Positions 10,101 through 19,776 of a DNA stretch of 64,000 bases are shown one piece after another. Origin of the DNA: Candidatus Nitrosotenuis sp. (GTDB lineage: Archaea > Thermoproteota > Nitrososphaeria > Nitrososphaerales > Nitrosopumilaceae); the NCBI GenBank assembly GCA_035559735.1, contig DATMAS010000001.1, positions 50,187 to 114,186 of the forward strand. Reading direction: 5' to 3'. The notes below the pieces were generated by a model. The model saw nothing but the letters and a program-made list of their open reading frames with translations, was not told the DNA's origin and made no database searches. The position numbers were made by a program, and so were the translations under genes. How positions within the stretch are numbered: the stretch's first letter is position 1; the number at the start of each line of letters is the position of its first letter.

Positions 10101-10643
10101 TCTGACAGAAAGAACGAACTTGAAGAGGAAAGAAATGCAATTGTTAGATTCATTGAAGAAATCGATAAGGACAAGCGACAGACATTCCTTGAGGCTTTTG
10201 ACAAAGTAGACAAAGAAATCAGAGATGCGTTCCACACAATGACTGGCGGTGAGGCGTGGCTTGAGCTCCAAAATGAGGATGACATCTTCAACTCAGGAAT
10301 ATCATATCTTATTCAATTTCCAAACAAGCCGAAACGAGAGTCGTCGTCAATTTCAGGTGGAGAAAAAACACTTGCTGCAATCGTCTTTGTTCTCGCGCTT
10401 CAAAAATTAAAGCCGTCTGTCTTCTACTTGTTTGATGAAGTAGACGCACATCTTGATGCTCCAAACTCTGAAAAGCTAGCAAAGATAATTGAACAGCGCT
10501 CTGAGGGAAGTCAGTTTATCATGGTCTCACTAAAGGACTCTGTGGTACAAAAGGCAAAACTCATCTACGGAGTTTATCCAAAAAATGGTGTCTCGCACGT
10601 AGTTACATACAAAGACAAACGAATGCCTTCGATTACCACCTAA
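7119..10643 (+). CDS. smc: chromosome segregation protein SMC
   Basis: GFKSF, Walker A GPNGSGKSN, long coiled coils with central hinge, signature SGGEK, Walker B LFDEVDAHLD. Confidence 0.97.
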   Translation: MVHIKKVEIFGFKSFGFTNTVVGFEPGLVSISGPNGSGKSNILDAIIFALGENRPKVMRVDKLRSLIHDIEGSRRGTKMARVSLHFDNSDRKIPVDANNVVITREMDEHGENVYYLNQKQTNRNQILDLLEVANASLTQLNAVQQGTVTRISEFTAEEKRTVIEDLIGLAYFDEKKAESLKQLDDADRRLEIALARMDEIKKRIDELEAERNLKLRHDLINREIGRLHAISASNKMKVIQSAKISKERSIHSLVSEAKRLDEERAAIKKEISALEAQKSSFMAEANAYNQAKAAIDSELSAAMQVYESANTEAITKTRRLEQIQARLPQIASDLELLHQSRASIEAQMTELKEMIAKIKENKNQSTVLLKSIDSETSQVYKQQSQVIAQRKEIDNKINGLTTKLNTAKVTLAKLESEINDTKSKIMTNKAKQSEIVEEYAKLEQLKTRLESIRNNHKDAITELKTRIAEQESKKAKTENDIEELTLILEKASKAAAQYDAKIRVVKGLMHEDYTIANLKEHSLELGIEGLAYEMISWDKEYERAALAVASDWIKSFVVKDFATLLSLAEVARAKKLPKLKIIPLEAIPKFKMSLPSDSDVIDVLANFIKCDERYAGLKTFLFGNVLLVKTREAALRLSKEGYKTVTLEGEFFESKASAVIIDINSKISKLTKIISMSTSVDGLLQSINLLKKYIQKKRFAIKKTDTIISNYKNRLSISETGLANADLSYADLKVKLSTFEKTRHQLESRISHLERHLDKLATDFAKEESNIASLEQRIVLMHENYADGQDARIASDLARLNEKRTELLANQSAIISELRDKEAQLAILSAKELGEKSKMHSLHEEQSSLNHEKREIESRLSALAKEKEQANQNLIKLREKEQELIATSGTSISKLQEFDEKLTQLNEQERTYTKEINALERQSDSLARDIRDLAENEAKILKILEKYGYEEITEAFEVDSMLSALESEMNSLVSKLNATAPETYVEVSSGYRSMSDRKNELEEERNAIVRFIEEIDKDKRQTFLEAFDKVDKEIRDAFHTMTGGEAWLELQNEDDIFNSGISYLIQFPNKPKRESSSISGGEKTLAAIVFVLALQKLKPSVFYLFDEVDAHLDAPNSEKLAKIIEQRSEGSQFIMVSLKDSVVQKAKLIYGVYPKNGVSHVVTYKDKRMPSITT

Positions 10644-11602
10644 TCCGACTTGAAGCAGGCAATTTTCCTACTCCCAACTTGTTCTAGTTTTGGCTCCGAC
10701 TCGCATCTGTCAAAAGCATAGGGGCATCTTGCTCTAAACCTGCATCCAGAGTATACGTCTAGTTTGAGCGGTTCGTTTATCCTAATTGTCTTTTCCTTGT
10801 GCAGATTTTCTGGATTTGGCTCAGATACCGCATCAAGAAGAGCTTGTGTGTACGGGTGTTTTGGTGAAAGCAGTACATCATTGATTGGGCCAACCTCAAC
10901 TATTTTACCCAAATACAAAATGGCTATGGTGTTTCCAAAATATTTTGCAGTGGCCAAATCGTGTGTTATGTAGACAAAGGAGATCTTGTGTGTCATCCTT
11001 AGGTTTTCCATCAGTTCTAAAATCTCGGCGCGGACAGAAACATCAAGCATCGACACCGGTTCGTCTGCTATGATCAGTTTTGGCTTTAGGATTAGTGCTC
11101 TTGCCAAGACCACTCTTTGTCGTTGACCCCCAGACAGCATATGGGGATATTTTGTCATTATCTCTTCAGCAGGCTCTAGTTTTACTTCGCGCAAGACATC
11201 TATTACCATCTGCGTTCTCTGTTTTGCGTCTCCGATTTTGTGAATTTCAAGTGGTTCTGCAACTATGTCTTTGATCCTCATCTGCGGGTTGACTGAGTCA
11301 TAGGGATCTTGGTGCACCATCTGACATCCCATTCGTATCTTTCGAAGGTCCGAATCCTTCGAAGTTATTTCTGAGCCGTCAAAAACTATCTTGCCACCAT
11401 CTGGCTCTATTGCTCTTAGTATCAGCCTTGCAATAGTTGATTTGCCAGAGCCTGACTCGCCTGCAAGTACAAAACACTCACCAGAATCCACAGAAAAGCT
11501 TACGTCGTCTACTGCTCTGACAAATGAGGTCTGTTTTCCAAACCAATTATTTTTTGTAAAATATTTCCTTAGCCCTTCAACTTGTAGAATCACATGGGAC
11601 AA
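10640..11602 (-). CDS. oligopeptide/dipeptide ABC transporter ATP-binding protein (OppF/DppF-like)
   Basis: GESGSGKST, LSGGQ, ADEP, HPYT and C-terminal GCRF..RCP. Confidence 0.93.
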   Translation of the reverse strand: MSHVILQVEGLRKYFTKNNWFGKQTSFVRAVDDVSFSVDSGECFVLAGESGSGKSTIARLILRAIEPDGGKIVFDGSEITSKDSDLRKIRMGCQMVHQDPYDSVNPQMRIKDIVAEPLEIHKIGDAKQRTQMVIDVLREVKLEPAEEIMTKYPHMLSGGQRQRVVLARALILKPKLIIADEPVSMLDVSVRAEILELMENLRMTHKISFVYITHDLATAKYFGNTIAILYLGKIVEVGPINDVLLSPKHPYTQALLDAVSEPNPENLHKEKTIRINEPLKLDVYSGCRFRARCPYAFDRCESEPKLEQVGSRKIACFKSD

Positions 11603-11635
11603 TACCTGGAATTAGGCAGATCACTATATCAATAA

Positions 11636-13078
11636 TCAGTAGGCACGACCAAAGATGACGTTTGCAGTTCCCGGTTCTTTGCAGTAGACACACTTGCCAG
11701 ATGAATTGTTTCCAAAGGGAATCACGCGTATGTCTGCCATGGTCTCTTCTTTGATCTTTTCCTCACAGATTGTCTTTCCACACCAAGGAGCAGAGACAAA
11801 ACAGCCTTTTTCTAAGGCTGATTTGAGCTCAGAGTATTCTGTCACATTTATGGTTCGTTCGTCGAGTAGTTTTTTTGCGGCAGCAAACATCTCGTCTTGA
11901 ATTTGTTTCAAAATTCCTTCGATTTCAGACTCGATTTTGTCCAGCGGTAAGTCAGATTTTTGCTTGTTGTGTCTACGTGCAATAGTTACTTTTTGCTTGT
12001 CTAGGTCTTTTGGACCGATCTCTATTCGTAGTGGAACTCCACGCATCTCCCATTCGTTATACTTGAATCCGGGAGTAAGCTGGTCACGCCTATCTACGTG
12101 AACTCTTAGTCCTTTTGATTTGAGTAGTTTTTCTATTTCATCTGCTTTTTGTTGAACGCGTTGCGCATCTTTTTCTGAATAATAGATGGGAACTATGACA
12201 ATTTGAATTGGAGCAACCCTTGGAGGTAATACTAGTCCTTTATCGTCTCCGTGTACCATGATCATAGCTCCAATCAATCTCCAAGACACGCCCCACGATG
12301 TCTGCCATGCATACGTCTCTACGTTGTTTTTGTCAAGGAATTTGACTTCAAATGGCTTTGAAAAATTCTGGCCAAGAAAATGTGATGTGCCCATCTGTAG
12401 TGCCTTTCCATCAGGCATGATTGCCTCCATGGTGGTAGTATACACTGCGCCGACAAACTTTTCTTTGTCGCTTTTCTTTCCGGTGATTACTGGAATTGCA
12501 AGCTCGTCTTGTATTGTGTTTTTATAAATATCTAAAATCTCAAGAACTTCTTTTTCGGCCTCTTCTTTTGTAGCGTGCACCGTGTGCCCTTCCTGCCACA
12601 AAAACTCAGACGTCCTAAGAAATGGCTTTGTGGCCTTGATTTCAGCTCGCAAGGCAGTGTTCCAGAAGTTGATCTTCAATGGCAAGTCTCGCCAACTTTG
12701 GATCCATTTTGAGTACATTGAATAAGCCAATGTCTCAGAAGTGGGTCTTAGTGCAAGCCTATCCCCAAGCTCCGAGTCGCCAGAATGCGTAACCCAAAAT
12801 ACTTCGGGGTTGAATCCTGCAAAATGCTCTTTTTCTTTACTGAGGAGTGATTCAGGAATCAAAACTGGTAAGAAACCATTTCGGTGACCCGTTTTTTTGA
12901 ATTTTTCATCAAGTGAGGCCTTTATCGACTCCCAGATGGCGTACCCATCAGGCCTCAGTACGATGAGTCCTTTGACTGGAGCATAATCGGCAAGCTCTGC
13001 TTTGAGAACAACTTGGGTGTACCATTCACTGAAATCATCTTTTTTTGATACTGTGATACCAACACTTTCCTTGCTCAA
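11636..13078 (-). CDS. proS: prolyl-tRNA synthetase (archaeal/eukaryotic type)
   Basis: LRPTSET, FLRTSEFLWQEGH, QTSWG, C-terminal zinc domain ending GRAY. Confidence 0.97.
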   Translation of the reverse strand: MSKESVGITVSKKDDFSEWYTQVVLKAELADYAPVKGLIVLRPDGYAIWESIKASLDEKFKKTGHRNGFLPVLIPESLLSKEKEHFAGFNPEVFWVTHSGDSELGDRLALRPTSETLAYSMYSKWIQSWRDLPLKINFWNTALRAEIKATKPFLRTSEFLWQEGHTVHATKEEAEKEVLEILDIYKNTIQDELAIPVITGKKSDKEKFVGAVYTTTMEAIMPDGKALQMGTSHFLGQNFSKPFEVKFLDKNNVETYAWQTSWGVSWRLIGAMIMVHGDDKGLVLPPRVAPIQIVIVPIYYSEKDAQRVQQKADEIEKLLKSKGLRVHVDRRDQLTPGFKYNEWEMRGVPLRIEIGPKDLDKQKVTIARRHNKQKSDLPLDKIESEIEGILKQIQDEMFAAAKKLLDERTINVTEYSELKSALEKGCFVSAPWCGKTICEEKIKEETMADIRVIPFGNNSSGKCVYCKEPGTANVIFGRAY

Positions 13079-13194
13079 TCTGCTACATTGCCAGAATTTT
13101 GACTAATGAGCTTTTCTTATTTGCTCCAAAGTCATATTCTAAGAATTTGTAATAATCTGGTTCGTTTAAATGATAAGGACTGTGCGATTTTCAC

Positions 13195-14427
13195 ATGAAG
13201 ACAAAAGTAACTGTAGTTATTGCAGCACTACTTTTTGCAGTAACTCCACTGGCATTTGCAGACGAAAGTGAAAAGCACGCCTTTGCATCTGCCTTGGAGG
13301 AGACTCTTGGGCATTTCCATGCACTTGAGCTCAATCTAGATGACGACAACGCAGAGCTTGCAATGGTTCACGCAACACATCCGATTGCAGAGCTGTATGA
13401 TTCTATGAAGGCAGAACTACAAGAATACGATCCAGAACTTGATGCAAGAATGCAAGAAACACTCACGAACTTGCGCGCAAACACCGTTGACGTAACAAGA
13501 GAAGATGCACAAGCAGCACTTGATGAGGCAAGAGCCCTCATTGAGGAAGCCAGACTCTTTGTAGTCGGTGAAGAGCTTAGCAATGATCCAAACTTCAAAC
13601 TCTCTCTGATCAAAACACTACTTGAAACATCGGCAGCAGAATACGCTGAGGCAGTTTCAGATGGCGAAATAACAGAAATGGTAGAGTTCCAAGATGGTTC
13701 TGCGTTTGTGTGGAGGTCTCAGCAGATCTTCGATGAAATAAAGGCAGACCTTCCAGAACGCGAAGTGGAAGAAATTGATGAATTCTACGCAGATTTGTGG
13801 CAAGCATATGAAGAGAGATCTGATCCGAGTTTGGTGCAGACACTAGTCGATGGCATAAACCACGAAATTGACGAAATCACAGGCGAGGAATCAGAAGACA
13901 AAGGACTGTATGTCTACTTTGAAAACATAGAACAGCTACTTGCTGATGTAAATGAAGAATACGCAAATGGCAACATAGACACTGCACTAAGCCTTGCAAC
14001 AAGGGCCTACTTGGATAACTATGAATTCCTTGAGGCGCCAATCGCCATGCAAGACGAAGCACTCATGGAAGAAATCGAGATCATGATGCGAGAAGAACTT
14101 CGCGATATGATAAAGGCAGGAGCTGACGCATCAGAGATAAGCGCACACATCGATGTGATTCTCGAAAAGCTAGTACAAGCTGAAGGAATCATTCCAAAAG
14201 AGATGATGAGTGGCTCCGAAGAACATGAGGGAGAGCGCGAAGAATATGAAAATGAGTACGCGGATCTGCCGCCCCTGCAGCAAGTTGAAGCCGGAGTAGA
14301 ACCAGAACACGTCGCATGCAGCTCAGGTATGGAGCTACTAATCAAAATCTCTAATGGCTCACCTGCTTGTGTAAAACCAGCAACTGCAGAAAGATTAGTA
14401 CAACTTGGCTGGGGAACCAGACCATAA
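13195..14427 (+). CDS. secreted acidic helical protein, possible metal (Fe) binding; C-terminal thaumarchaeal C..K..GSPACVK..T..L..LGW module
   Basis: Signal peptide ending AFA; ETLGH, HATHPIAE, EFQD, AYLDNYE motifs; very Glu-rich. Confidence 0.65.
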   Translation: MKTKVTVVIAALLFAVTPLAFADESEKHAFASALEETLGHFHALELNLDDDNAELAMVHATHPIAELYDSMKAELQEYDPELDARMQETLTNLRANTVDVTREDAQAALDEARALIEEARLFVVGEELSNDPNFKLSLIKTLLETSAAEYAEAVSDGEITEMVEFQDGSAFVWRSQQIFDEIKADLPEREVEEIDEFYADLWQAYEERSDPSLVQTLVDGINHEIDEITGEESEDKGLYVYFENIEQLLADVNEEYANGNIDTALSLATRAYLDNYEFLEAPIAMQDEALMEEIEIMMREELRDMIKAGADASEISAHIDVILEKLVQAEGIIPKEMMSGSEEHEGEREEYENEYADLPPLQQVEAGVEPEHVACSSGMELLIKISNGSPACVKPATAERLVQLGWGTRP

Positions 14428-14441
14428 CTCTTATTCTATTT

Positions 14442-14729
14442 TTATTTTAGCGGATCGCCTTTACAGAGTACCTTACCTGTGACTCTGCTTTGGAAGTTTG
14501 GACACACAAAACACTGTATAAAATGAACATCTGATTTTAGAACTGGACAGTCTACGTACTCTAGCTTCATGCGTTTTAACATCTTTGGGCTTACGCCTTT
14601 TAACTTGAGTTTTCCTTTGTCGTCCATCATGCCAGATGCTTTGAGCTCCTCTTTTACATTATCGGGAATCTTTTGTGATTTCTCGGAAGTCTTTACTTCT
14701 ACTTCGAACTTGTGCTCAAGCTCTTCCAT
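14442..14729 (-). CDS. hypothetical protein with 4 Cys (C-x11-CxxC-x12-C)
   Basis: ORF track; likely start at internal ATG 14729 (MEELEH). Confidence 0.7.
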   Translation of the reverse strand: MEELEHKFEVEVKTSEKSQKIPDNVKEELKASGMMDDKGKLKLKGVSPKMLKRMKLEYVDCPVLKSDVHFIQCFVCPNFQSRVTGKVLCKGDPLK

Positions 14730-14833
14730 GGTCTCACAAGTTTTGTACCATGATTTATTATTAGCGGTACTGCGATCATGCAACAAACTTCAACTTTTAT
14801 ATTGATAGGTTCTAGTCCAAAAGTTAGAAAAAA

Positions 14834-15484
14834 TTGCTTGCGATTTTTGATGTAGAAGGAGTTCTTTTCGATGCGGAATACTTGCCCATACTAGCAGAAA
14901 AGATAAACAAAGAAAAAGAAATCTGGGAGATAACGCGAAAAGGCATTCAAGGCCTCATTAACTGGGAAGAAGGATTGCGAACACGAGTAAATGCGTTGAA
15001 GGGTTTAGATTATGATATTTGCAAACAAGTGGCAGACGAATTGCCAATCATGACTGGTGCAAAAGAGACGTGCCGTGTTCTTAAAGCAGCAGGATGGAAA
15101 CTCCTTGCAGTGTCTGGTGGATTCACTATAATGACTGACAGGCTCAAAGAAGAACTCAATCTAGACTATGTGTTTTCAAATGAACTTGTCTTCAAAAATG
15201 GCAAACTTGAAGGAGTAAAAATACATGTTACCTCGGACAAGGCAAAATCAGCGCGAATCAAAATAGCTGAATGGAAAGAAAAGAAAGAAAACATTGTGGT
15301 TACAGTAGATGGCGCAAACGACATGACTCTGTTTGACATATGCGGGCTCGGAGTAGCTTTCAGGGCCCAAGATGTAGTAAAGGAAAAGGCCAACGTGACA
15401 ATTGAAGAAAAAAATCTTACACACCTAATAGATGTAATAAACAAACATTACAATCTCAAATTGCAACTGCAGACTGTTGCGTAG
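14834..15484 (+). CDS. serB: phosphoserine phosphatase (HAD)
   Basis: FDVEGVL motif I variant, VSGGF, DGAND. Confidence 0.88.
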   Translation: MLAIFDVEGVLFDAEYLPILAEKINKEKEIWEITRKGIQGLINWEEGLRTRVNALKGLDYDICKQVADELPIMTGAKETCRVLKAAGWKLLAVSGGFTIMTDRLKEELNLDYVFSNELVFKNGKLEGVKIHVTSDKAKSARIKIAEWKEKKENIVVTVDGANDMTLFDICGLGVAFRAQDVVKEKANVTIEEKNLTHLIDVINKHYNLKLQLQTVA

Positions 15485-15516
15485 ACCGTCTGGGCACCAT
15501 ACAGCATACTTGTTAT

Positions 15517-15696
15517 TTAGACTCCAAATTCAAACGTATCGAAGGTGTCTGGCTTGACGACTTTGCCGTTGTGTTGTTGGATGTATCTATCTAGTTTCTC
15601 TAGTTGGATGCAAATTGGTGAGTCGTCCTTTACAAAGCCATAGATTTCACCATGGACTTTTTCTATCTGTTCTCGGTTTAGGTTGACCTGCATCAT
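15517..15696 (-). CDS. small hypothetical protein (59 aa, missed by ORF track)
   Basis: MMQVNLNREQIEKVHGEIYGFVKDDSPICIQLEKLDRYIQQHNGKVVKPDTFDTFEFGV*; fills an otherwise empty gap. Confidence 0.55.
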   Translation of the reverse strand: MMQVNLNREQIEKVHGEIYGFVKDDSPICIQLEKLDRYIQQHNGKVVKPDTFDTFEFGV

Positions 15697-15807
15697 GTCA
15701 TATTCTATGATTTGAGATCATCTAAAAATGATCAAAAATCATTCGTTCATATCGTGCAAACTCGCTTCGAAGACAAGTAAATTAAATTAGAATCTAAAAA
15801 TTCAGAA

Positions 15808-16548
15808 GTGTTGGTGTCTATACAGATATTCCCAGTCATAGTCAAAAAAGAAATACAAAAAGGAGATGATCTGGTCAAACTCTTTTTGTCCAACTTCAAA
15901 GATCTTCAAGATGGCGATATAATCGTAATCTCCCAAAAAGTAATCTCAAAGCAGGAAGGCAGAATAGTCGAACTTGCTGGTGTCATTCCATCTTTGCTTG
16001 CCGTAGGGATTGGTTCTGAGTATAAAAAAGATCCAAAGCTTGTGGAGGTGATACTTTCAGAGTCTCAAAGAATAGTCAGGATGGAAAATGGCATCCTGAT
16101 CACACAAACAAAACATGGTTTTGTCTGCGCAAACGCAGGAGTGGATGAGAGCAACATGCCACATGGATTTGTATCTCTGCTTCCAGAAAACCCTGACAAG
16201 TCAGCATACGAATTTATGCAAACGGTTCAAGATAAAGCCAAAAAAAAAGTTGCAGTTCTCATCTCAGACACATTTGGCAGGCCGTTCAGAGAGGGACAAA
16301 CAAACTGCGCAGTAGGAATTGCAGGAATCAATGCAATAGACAATTATGAAGGAAGAAAAGACTCTTTTGGCCGCACACTTCGAGTTACCGCTATCGCACA
16401 AGCGGATGAAATTTGTGGAGCAGCAGAGCTCGTCATGAAAAAGACAAAGGACTGTCCCTTTGCAGTAATTCGAGGTCTTGAGTTTGAACCTTCCAACGGG
16501 AGTGTAGGTTCACTGATTCGTAGAAAGGAAACAGATCTGTTCCGATGA
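15808..16548 (+). CDS. cofE: coenzyme F420:L-glutamate ligase
   Basis: SQKVISKQEG, ANAGVDESN, SDTFGRPFREG, ending DLFR. Confidence 0.94.
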   Translation: MLVSIQIFPVIVKKEIQKGDDLVKLFLSNFKDLQDGDIIVISQKVISKQEGRIVELAGVIPSLLAVGIGSEYKKDPKLVEVILSESQRIVRMENGILITQTKHGFVCANAGVDESNMPHGFVSLLPENPDKSAYEFMQTVQDKAKKKVAVLISDTFGRPFREGQTNCAVGIAGINAIDNYEGRKDSFGRTLRVTAIAQADEICGAAELVMKKTKDCPFAVIRGLEFEPSNGSVGSLIRRKETDLFR

Positions 16549-16589
16549 CAACAAAGGTTATAATTATTGCATAAAAGATTGCAATTGGT

Positions 16590-17507
16590 TTGGATTATAT
16601 CAACACGGAACTACACTGTCACAACATTTTTTCAAACTTTCACGTAGGTGCAGAGGAGCCACCGTACGACTGCAACATAACCATACAAGAACAACTAGAA
16701 AGAGCAAGAACACTTGGTCTGCATGCGCTTTACGTAACTAATCACAACACACTAAACGGTTACCAACAGATGCTACAATACAAAAATGATCATGCTAAAT
16801 ACTGCAACATACAAATTTTCCCCGCAGAAGAAATTACCACAGATACTGGGGCTCATGTTATCGCATATGGAATATCAAAAGAGATCAAGACGGGACTATC
16901 TCTGGAAGAGGTGGTTGACGAAATTAAGCGCCAAGATGCAATATCTTGCGCACCGCACCCCTTCAGTTTACTTGATGCATTACGCGAGAGAGCAAAGCTT
17001 TGTGATCTAGTTGAGGTCTTTAACAGTAACAACGTTGATGTTATCTCAAATGCCAGGGCCGCTGAATTCTCACTTGAGCACGGCAAAGTGGGTGTGGCCG
17101 GAAGCGACTCGCACGTATTGTCTACCTTGGGCAGGTGCATTAACGTAATAGAATCAGAAGCCAATCTGGACGATGTGCTTTTTGCAATGAAGCACGGTAA
17201 AATCACGATAAGGCAAACAGGGTATGCAAAAGAATCAGAAACACTTGAGCACATAAAATACAAAATCAATAACTCAAGGGATTATCTTGCAGAATACATC
17301 CGTGAACACTATCCAAACTCCCAATGGATGCTTTCACTGCTTTTGAAAATGTATGAACTCAATCAGAACAGCTACTTGTGGTCAATTTTGTATAAGCTAG
17401 CAGTCTATCTGATGCGGAGAATCTCGACAAAAATCAATTTACTAGATCAGGATCCGACACGACTCCGGGACAGAAACTTAGCAAGCATGCTTAGAATGGC
17501 ACTTTGA
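16590..17507 (+). CDS. PHP domain phosphoesterase
   Basis: ELHCH, TNHN, APHPF, GSDSH. Confidence 0.88.
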   Translation: MDYINTELHCHNIFSNFHVGAEEPPYDCNITIQEQLERARTLGLHALYVTNHNTLNGYQQMLQYKNDHAKYCNIQIFPAEEITTDTGAHVIAYGISKEIKTGLSLEEVVDEIKRQDAISCAPHPFSLLDALRERAKLCDLVEVFNSNNVDVISNARAAEFSLEHGKVGVAGSDSHVLSTLGRCINVIESEANLDDVLFAMKHGKITIRQTGYAKESETLEHIKYKINNSRDYLAEYIREHYPNSQWMLSLLLKMYELNQNSYLWSILYKLAVYLMRRISTKINLLDQDPTRLRDRNLASMLRMAL

Positions 17508-18046
17508 CTGATCTAAAAATAAATGGAAAATTTCTCAAAGTACTCAAGGCAGACATCACGGAGCGAAACGTCGACGCAATAGTAAATGCCGCAAATTCAT
17601 ATCTGCAACATGGAGGTGGAGTGGCCGCAGCAATAGTTAGAAAAGGTGGAGAAATAATCCAACAAGAAAGCAACAAGATTGGTTATGTGCCCGTAGGATC
17701 AGCTGTGTTGACAACTGCAGGTAAATTATCTTGTAAAGCAGTGATCCACACAGTTGGTCCAAGAATGGGTGAAGGAAACGAAGATGACAAGCTAAAACAA
17801 TCTATAATAAACGTGCTAAGACTAGCAACGCAGCACGGCTTTGCAACAATTTCTATTCCGGCGATAAGCTCGGGGATTTTCGGTTTTCCAAAAGACAAAT
17901 GTGCCAAAATACTGATTAGTCAATCAAAACGATTTTTGCAAGACGAACGTACTTCACTTAACACCATAGAATTTTGTTTATTCGACGATGAAACACTGAA
18001 GTATTTTCAAGAAGAGTTGAATTTAGCTGGTACTAATCCTAAATAG
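17504..18046 (+). CDS. macro domain protein (ADP-ribose hydrolase)
   Basis: ADIT, AIVNAAN, GGGVAAAI, HTVGP, PAISSGIFGFP. Confidence 0.93.
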   Translation: MTDLKINGKFLKVLKADITERNVDAIVNAANSYLQHGGGVAAAIVRKGGEIIQQESNKIGYVPVGSAVLTTAGKLSCKAVIHTVGPRMGEGNEDDKLKQSIINVLRLATQHGFATISIPAISSGIFGFPKDKCAKILISQSKRFLQDERTSLNTIEFCLFDDETLKYFQEELNLAGTNPK

Positions 18047-18080
18047 ATTTTAATATGCACACCATCAAATCAAAATATCG

Positions 18081-18314
18081 ATGAGCACAACCACTAAGAA
18101 ATTAGACGCTCGTGGGCTGTTTTGCCCTGAACCAGTGTTTAGGACAAAAATTGAAGTAGAGAGAATGCAAGTAGGAGAAATCCTGACAGTGCTTGCGGAC
18201 GATCCAAATGCAGAAGAAGACATATCACGCTGGGTCAAACGAAATGGTCATGAGCTTTTGTCATTGCAAAAAAGAGAAAATGAACTGGAGTTCTCAATTA
18301 AAAAGGTGAAGTAA
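18081..18314 (+). CDS. tusA: sulfur carrier TusA/SirA family
   Basis: LDARGLFCPEP motif, 77 aa. Confidence 0.9.
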   Translation: MSTTTKKLDARGLFCPEPVFRTKIEVERMQVGEILTVLADDPNAEEDISRWVKRNGHELLSLQKRENELEFSIKKVK

Positions 18315-19313
18315 GTGGCCACCAAAGTGCTTACAGATACGGAAGCTCTAAAGAGAATTGGTAATACCCCACTCGTAAAGCTAGATTCGTTATCAAACAA
18401 CCAAAAGACATATTTTGCAAAGCTTGAGGGGCACAACCCATTTGGCTCCGTAAAGGACAGAGCTGCATATTGGATGATAAAGGACGCAGAGGAAAAAGGG
18501 AGAATAAAGAGAGGACAAACAATAATCATAGAGCCAACATCTGGGAACACTGGCATTGCTCTCACCGGCATTGCAAATCTTCTTGGATATCAGGTAGAAA
18601 TAGTCATACCAGAAAAGGCAAGCGAGGAGACAAAGAAGATAATCTCGTCTCTTGGGGCAAAACTCTATGAGACAAGCGATGATCTGTGTCCGAAAGTAGG
18701 TGCAGGAACAGATCAGAGTATTGCGCTAGCTACTTCGATTGCATCAGCACGACCAGACAAGTACTTCTCACCAAACCAGTACTCAAATGAAGCCAACTTC
18801 CTGGGGCACTACCAAGGGACAGGACCGGAAATCTGGAAACAGACTGAAGGCAAAATAACGCACTTTTTCACAGGAGTTGGCACCGGTGGCACAATTACTG
18901 GAATTTCTACTTATCTCAAAGAACAGAATCCAAAAATCAAGACAATAGCTGTGCAACCCCAGCAAAACCACCTCATTCAAGGTCTCAGAAACTTTGAAGA
19001 ATCAGCAAAACCGGACCTGTTTCTAAGACGAGAGACCGTGGTGGACGACTGGATTACGATCACAAACGAGCAGGCGTTTGCTGCAGTAAGGGAAATCTTT
19101 GCAAAAGAAAAGATGCTAGTAAGCCCCTCGTCTGCCGCAGTGTATGCCGCAATGAAAAACTATCCGATAGACCAAGGCGTAATCGTGGGAATTTTTGCAG
19201 ACGATGGAAGAAAGTTCAAGAGCCTTTATGCGCAACAAAAAGTCTTCACAGAAGACGAATTTGATGCGGCGCTAAAAGAGGCAAAACATCTATCGAAAAT
19301 AGTGTACATGTAA
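18315..19313 (+). CDS. cysK: PLP-dependent cysteine synthase family protein
   Basis: GNTPLV, NPFGSVKDR (PLP Lys), TSGNTG, GTGGT. Confidence 0.85.
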   Translation: MATKVLTDTEALKRIGNTPLVKLDSLSNNQKTYFAKLEGHNPFGSVKDRAAYWMIKDAEEKGRIKRGQTIIIEPTSGNTGIALTGIANLLGYQVEIVIPEKASEETKKIISSLGAKLYETSDDLCPKVGAGTDQSIALATSIASARPDKYFSPNQYSNEANFLGHYQGTGPEIWKQTEGKITHFFTGVGTGGTITGISTYLKEQNPKIKTIAVQPQQNHLIQGLRNFEESAKPDLFLRRETVVDDWITITNEQAFAAVREIFAKEKMLVSPSSAAVYAAMKNYPIDQGVIVGIFADDGRKFKSLYAQQKVFTEDEFDAALKEAKHLSKIVYM

Positions 19314-19325
19314 TTTGACAGAAAG

Positions 19326-19709
19326 CTAAGCTTGTATTCTGTTAATCATGGCATTTAGCGAAAACGGTTTTTGAAGCACTTCTACAGACTCTGCCATGGT
19401 TCCAGGTGCTTTTAAAAGCGAGTTTATGTCATAAGCGGAAGCGAAAATTATTCGCTGGTTTGGTCTTTTGTCCAAGATCTCTTTTGCAACTTCGACACCA
19501 CTTTTTTTAGGCATGTTGTTATCAAGAAGTACTACGTCGAATGGATTTTTGTCGAGTGTATCAAATTCTGACTTGGAAAGCTCGTCGGCATAGACTTCGA
19601 GGCATTCTTGACCATCTCTTGCAACTATGACTTGGTGGCCGTTTTTTTCCAAGGCCTTTGTGTATTGTGTTGCCGTAAACACGTTATCTTCTGCTACAAG
19701 TATCTTCAT
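19326..19709 (-). CDS. stand-alone response regulator receiver
   Basis: VAED, LLDNNMP, FASA, KPF. Confidence 0.92.
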   Translation of the reverse strand: MKILVAEDNVFTATQYTKALEKNGHQVIVARDGQECLEVYADELSKSEFDTLDKNPFDVVLLDNNMPKKSGVEVAKEILDKRPNQRIIFASAYDINSLLKAPGTMAESVEVLQKPFSLNAMINRIQA

Positions 19710-19776
19710 GGTCTATCAACTGCTTGATTTTTTCATTGATAATTTAAGATGAGTTTGTTTGATGCACACAAACACG

